A DNA stretch of 32,000 nt, from positions 90,001-122,000 of the forward strand of contig NC_006908.1 in NCBI RefSeq assembly GCF_000008365.1. The letters run 5' to 3'. The stretch's first letter is position 1; each line of letters opens with the position of its first letter. The notes beneath the pieces were generated by a model. That model saw nothing but the letters and a program-made list of their open reading frames with translations, did not search any database and was not told where the DNA came from. This DNA is from Mycoplasma mobile 163K. GTDB lineage: Bacteria; Bacillota_I; Bacilli_A; Mycoplasmatales; Metamycoplasmataceae. Shown piece by piece: positions 29,577-32,000 of this stretch. The position numbers and the translations under genes were made by a program.

Positions 29577-30842
29577 TTAAATCTTTTCAACATTTAAATA
29601 AGGAATTAATACTTTAGGAACACTAATAGAACCATCATCATTTTGATATTGTTCTAAAATAGCAGCAAGAACTCTATCAATTGCTAAGCCAGATCCATTA
29701 ATAGTGTGAACATATTGAGTATTTTTGTTTTCATCACGGTATCTTATCATAGATCTTCTTGATTGAAAATCGCCAAAATATGAAACACTTGACACTTCAC
29801 GATATCTTTGTTCACTTGGTAACCATAATTCTAAATCAATTGTCTTTCTTGAAGAAAAACCTAAATCACCTGTACATAACAGAACTTCTCGATAAGGTAT
29901 TTCTAAAAGTTCTAATAGATATTTTGCATTTTTTAAAACAGAATTAAAAGCCCTTAGAGATTTTTGTTCGGATGCAAATTCTACAAGCTCAACCTTATTA
30001 AATTGATGTAATCTAATAATGCCTTTTGTATCTCTTCCTGCACTACCAGCTTCTGAACGAAAGCAATTTGTGAATGAACTAAATTTTGAGTTTTTTTCCA
30101 AATCGATTATTTCATTATTAAATAAATTAGTAACTGGCACTTCTGCTGTTGGAATTAAATATAAATCATGACCCTCTATTTTGAAAAGGTCCTCTTTAAA
30201 TTTTGGTAATTGACCTGTTCCATACATCATTTTAGAATTAACTAAAAAAGGAGGCATTATTTCACTATAACCATTTTTTTCATGAGTATCAAGCATAAAT
30301 GATTCAAGAGCTCTAATTAATTTTGCTCCAGCATTTTTGTAGACAATAAATCTTGAACCACTCAATTTCGCCCCTCTAGAAAAATCAATCAAATCTTTTT
30401 CTACACCAATTTCATAATGTGGTTTTTTAGCTTTAACAAGTCCTCTACCAATTTTTGGAAATTCTTTTAGAATGACATTATCAGTATCATCTTTTCCAAA
30501 AGGAACATCATCTAAAGGTATGTTAGGAATAAAAGAGATCAGTTCTTGTATTTTGTTTTCAATTTTAGTTGATTTTTCTTCCAAAATACTTAGTTCTTTC
30601 TTAATGTTCTCAACTTCATCCATAAAAAATAAAGCATCTGTTTTATTTCTCTTTGCTTCTCCAATTTTTGAAGAAATTTCATTTCTTTTAGATTGTAATT
30701 CACTTAAAGAAATCAATATATTTGCTCTTTCAGTTCCTAATGTATATAATTTTTCAATTTCTGAGACATTAAAATTAGATCTTTGTTTTAATTTTGAAAT
30801 TACAAAATCCTTATTTTTTAAAATTAATTTAATATCTAACAT
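29577..30842 (-). CDS. serS: Seryl-tRNA synthetase
   Basis: The 421-aa ORF is intact. It has an N-terminal coiled-coil arm and class II motifs (FRSEAGSAGRDTKGIIRLHQFNKVE, GSGLAIDRVLAAILE). Confidence 0.95.
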   Translation of the reverse strand: MLDIKLILKNKDFVISKLKQRSNFNVSEIEKLYTLGTERANILISLSELQSKRNEISSKIGEAKRNKTDALFFMDEVENIKKELSILEEKSTKIENKIQELISFIPNIPLDDVPFGKDDTDNVILKEFPKIGRGLVKAKKPHYEIGVEKDLIDFSRGAKLSGSRFIVYKNAGAKLIRALESFMLDTHEKNGYSEIMPPFLVNSKMMYGTGQLPKFKEDLFKIEGHDLYLIPTAEVPVTNLFNNEIIDLEKNSKFSSFTNCFRSEAGSAGRDTKGIIRLHQFNKVELVEFASEQKSLRAFNSVLKNAKYLLELLEIPYREVLLCTGDLGFSSRKTIDLELWLPSEQRYREVSSVSYFGDFQSRRSMIRYRDENKNTQYVHTINGSGLAIDRVLAAILEQYQNDDGSISVPKVLIPYLNVEKI

Positions 30843-30909
30843 AGCATTTTCATTTTACTACATTTTTAATGTTTAAAAATTTTTTGATTCTTAAAAGAAA
30901 AATCTTTAA

Positions 30910-30917
30910 TGTAAAAT
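30910..30917 (+). promoter_or_regulatory. TGTAAAAT extended -10 box upstream of the RecD2-like gene
   Basis: TGTAAAAT is at 30910-30917 and the ATG at 30929. The region is a divergent promoter shared with serS. Confidence 0.35.
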
Positions 30918-30928
30918 AAAAACATATA

Positions 30929-32000
30929 ATGAATAAAAATACTTCTTTTAAAATAAAAGCAAAAATTAAAAATGTTATTTGGAAAAATCCAAATAATTTA
31001 GGCATAAAAATTGTTAATTTAGCAATTCTTGAAGACGAATTTAATTATTTGAAAGAAAAAGAATTCCCAGCTAAAGATTATAAATCTATGTTAGTTGAAG
31101 AATTAGAATATGAATTAGATGTAAGTTTTAGTGATGATTCTAAAAAAACACTTTATATTAACAATGCATCAATAACGTTTCCAAATACAGCAAAAAAATT
31201 GATAAATTTTTTTTCATCTTCTCTATTTCCAGGTATCGGAAAAACCTCAGCAACTTTAATTGTTGAAAAATTAAAAATTGATTCTATAGAAAAAATAGTG
31301 GATCATATTGAAGACATTTCAATTTTAATTGGGCAATCAAAAGCTAAAGTAATTCAAGAAGTAATTGAAAATAATTATAATAATTATGAAGCTCATCAAT
31401 TTTTTATAATTAATTCTTTACCCATTTCTTTGTTAGAAAAATTTAGCTTTTATTATGGCAAGAAAAATCTATTAAATAAATTAAAAGAAAATTTATATAA
31501 GATTGTTTATTTTGATCCCTCTGTAAAATTAGAACTTTTAACAAAAATTCACAAACTTTTAAATTTGAAAATTGATGAATTAGAATTTTTAAAAGCTAGT
31601 ATTTACAAAATTCTTTTCCTTTATACCAATAATTCAAATAACACCTACATGAGTTTAGATTTTTTGTTCAAATCTTTTTCTGAAAAATTTAGTTATATTA
31701 GCCTAGATAAAGTTAAATTTTCTGATTTAATAACTTTTTTAAAAAATGAAAAGCATCTAGATTTTTTTAAAATAAAAAATAAAATTTTTGTTATTAGTGA
31801 ATTTTTCAAAGATCACGAAAAATTTATTTTTGAATACATTAGTAGTCTTGAAAAAAAAATTAGTCAGCACACTTTTAATTTAGAAAAAATTATCAATTCT
31901 AAAACTTTAGATTCAATTCAAAAAGAAGCAATAATTTATTCTTTAAATAACTCTTTTAATATTATTAGTGGAATTCCAGGTAGTGGTAAAAGCGCAATTA
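30929..32000 (+). CDS. RecD2-like (RecD/TraA family) ATP-dependent DNA helicase, N-terminal about 357 codons; continues beyond the window
   Basis: The frame is open from ATG at 30929 to the window end and is not listed in the track. It contains the HhH-like LFPGIGKTSATLIVEKL. It ends with QKEAIIYSLNNSFNIISGIPGSGKS, the Walker A motif. Confidence 0.7.
   Translation, partial: MNKNTSFKIKAKIKNVIWKNPNNLGIKIVNLAILEDEFNYLKEKEFPAKDYKSMLVEELEYELDVSFSDDSKKTLYINNASITFPNTAKKLINFFSSSLFPGIGKTSATLIVEKLKIDSIEKIVDHIEDISILIGQSKAKVIQEVIENNYNNYEAHQFFIINSLPISLLEKFSFYYGKKNLLNKLKENLYKIVYFDPSVKLELLTKIHKLLNLKIDELEFLKASIYKILFLYTNNSNNTYMSLDFLFKSFSEKFSYISLDKVKFSDLITFLKNEKHLDFFKIKNKIFVISEFFKDHEKFIFEYISSLEKKISQHTFNLEKIINSKTLDSIQKEAIIYSLNNSFNIISGIPGSGKSAI

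Noticed and set aside
1-32000. I looked for CRISPR arrays, IS elements or transposase genes, integrases, phage genes and rRNA operons.
   Set aside because: I saw no spaced direct-repeat array, no terminal inverted repeats flanking an ORF, and no transposase-, integrase- or phage-like protein in any frame under table 4. The only RNA genes found are ffs and one tRNA.

Overview
The window is a very AT-rich Mollicutes (Mycoplasma-type) chromosomal segment that is almost entirely coding. The key to reading it is that TGA encodes Trp (translation table 4). The supplied standard-code ORF track therefore splits most genes into same-frame pieces and misses several genes completely.

After re-joining fragments, I read the following on the plus strand:
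- an EzrA-like membrane coiled-coil protein, thiI and ung
- dnaX, ybaB, recR and tmk
- a ZIP-like metal transporter
- SRP RNA (ffs), a PEBP/YbhB protein and tRNA-Arg(UCU)
- a conserved hypothetical gene followed by tig
- secA with a coupled 131-aa ORF
- an orphan 697-aa protein with a C-terminal two-helix membrane hairpin
- the start of a RecD2-like helicase

On the minus strand I read:
- the start of an OYE flavin oxidoreductase, and rpsD
- a tightly packed six-gene run: ECF S-component, nusB, a hypothetical gene, tlyA, sufS and sufU
- topA and serS
- a three-gene operon encoding an 883-aa single-pass surface protein, a 630-aa lipoprotein and a cytosolic HIT hydrolase

I saw no CRISPR array, IS element, prophage or rRNA gene.

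The most interesting items are:
- the surface-protein/lipoprotein/HIT operon, which resembles the poorly understood M. hominis P80/P60/HinT locus
- the orphan 697-aa protein, which has a CorA-like topology but no GMN motif
- an unclassified structured leader upstream of the ECF S-component operon
- a recurring TGTAAAAT extended -10 box placed so that secA and the tig operon would be transcribed as leaderless mRNAs

All functional calls come from my own translation and motif recognition. No database search was run.
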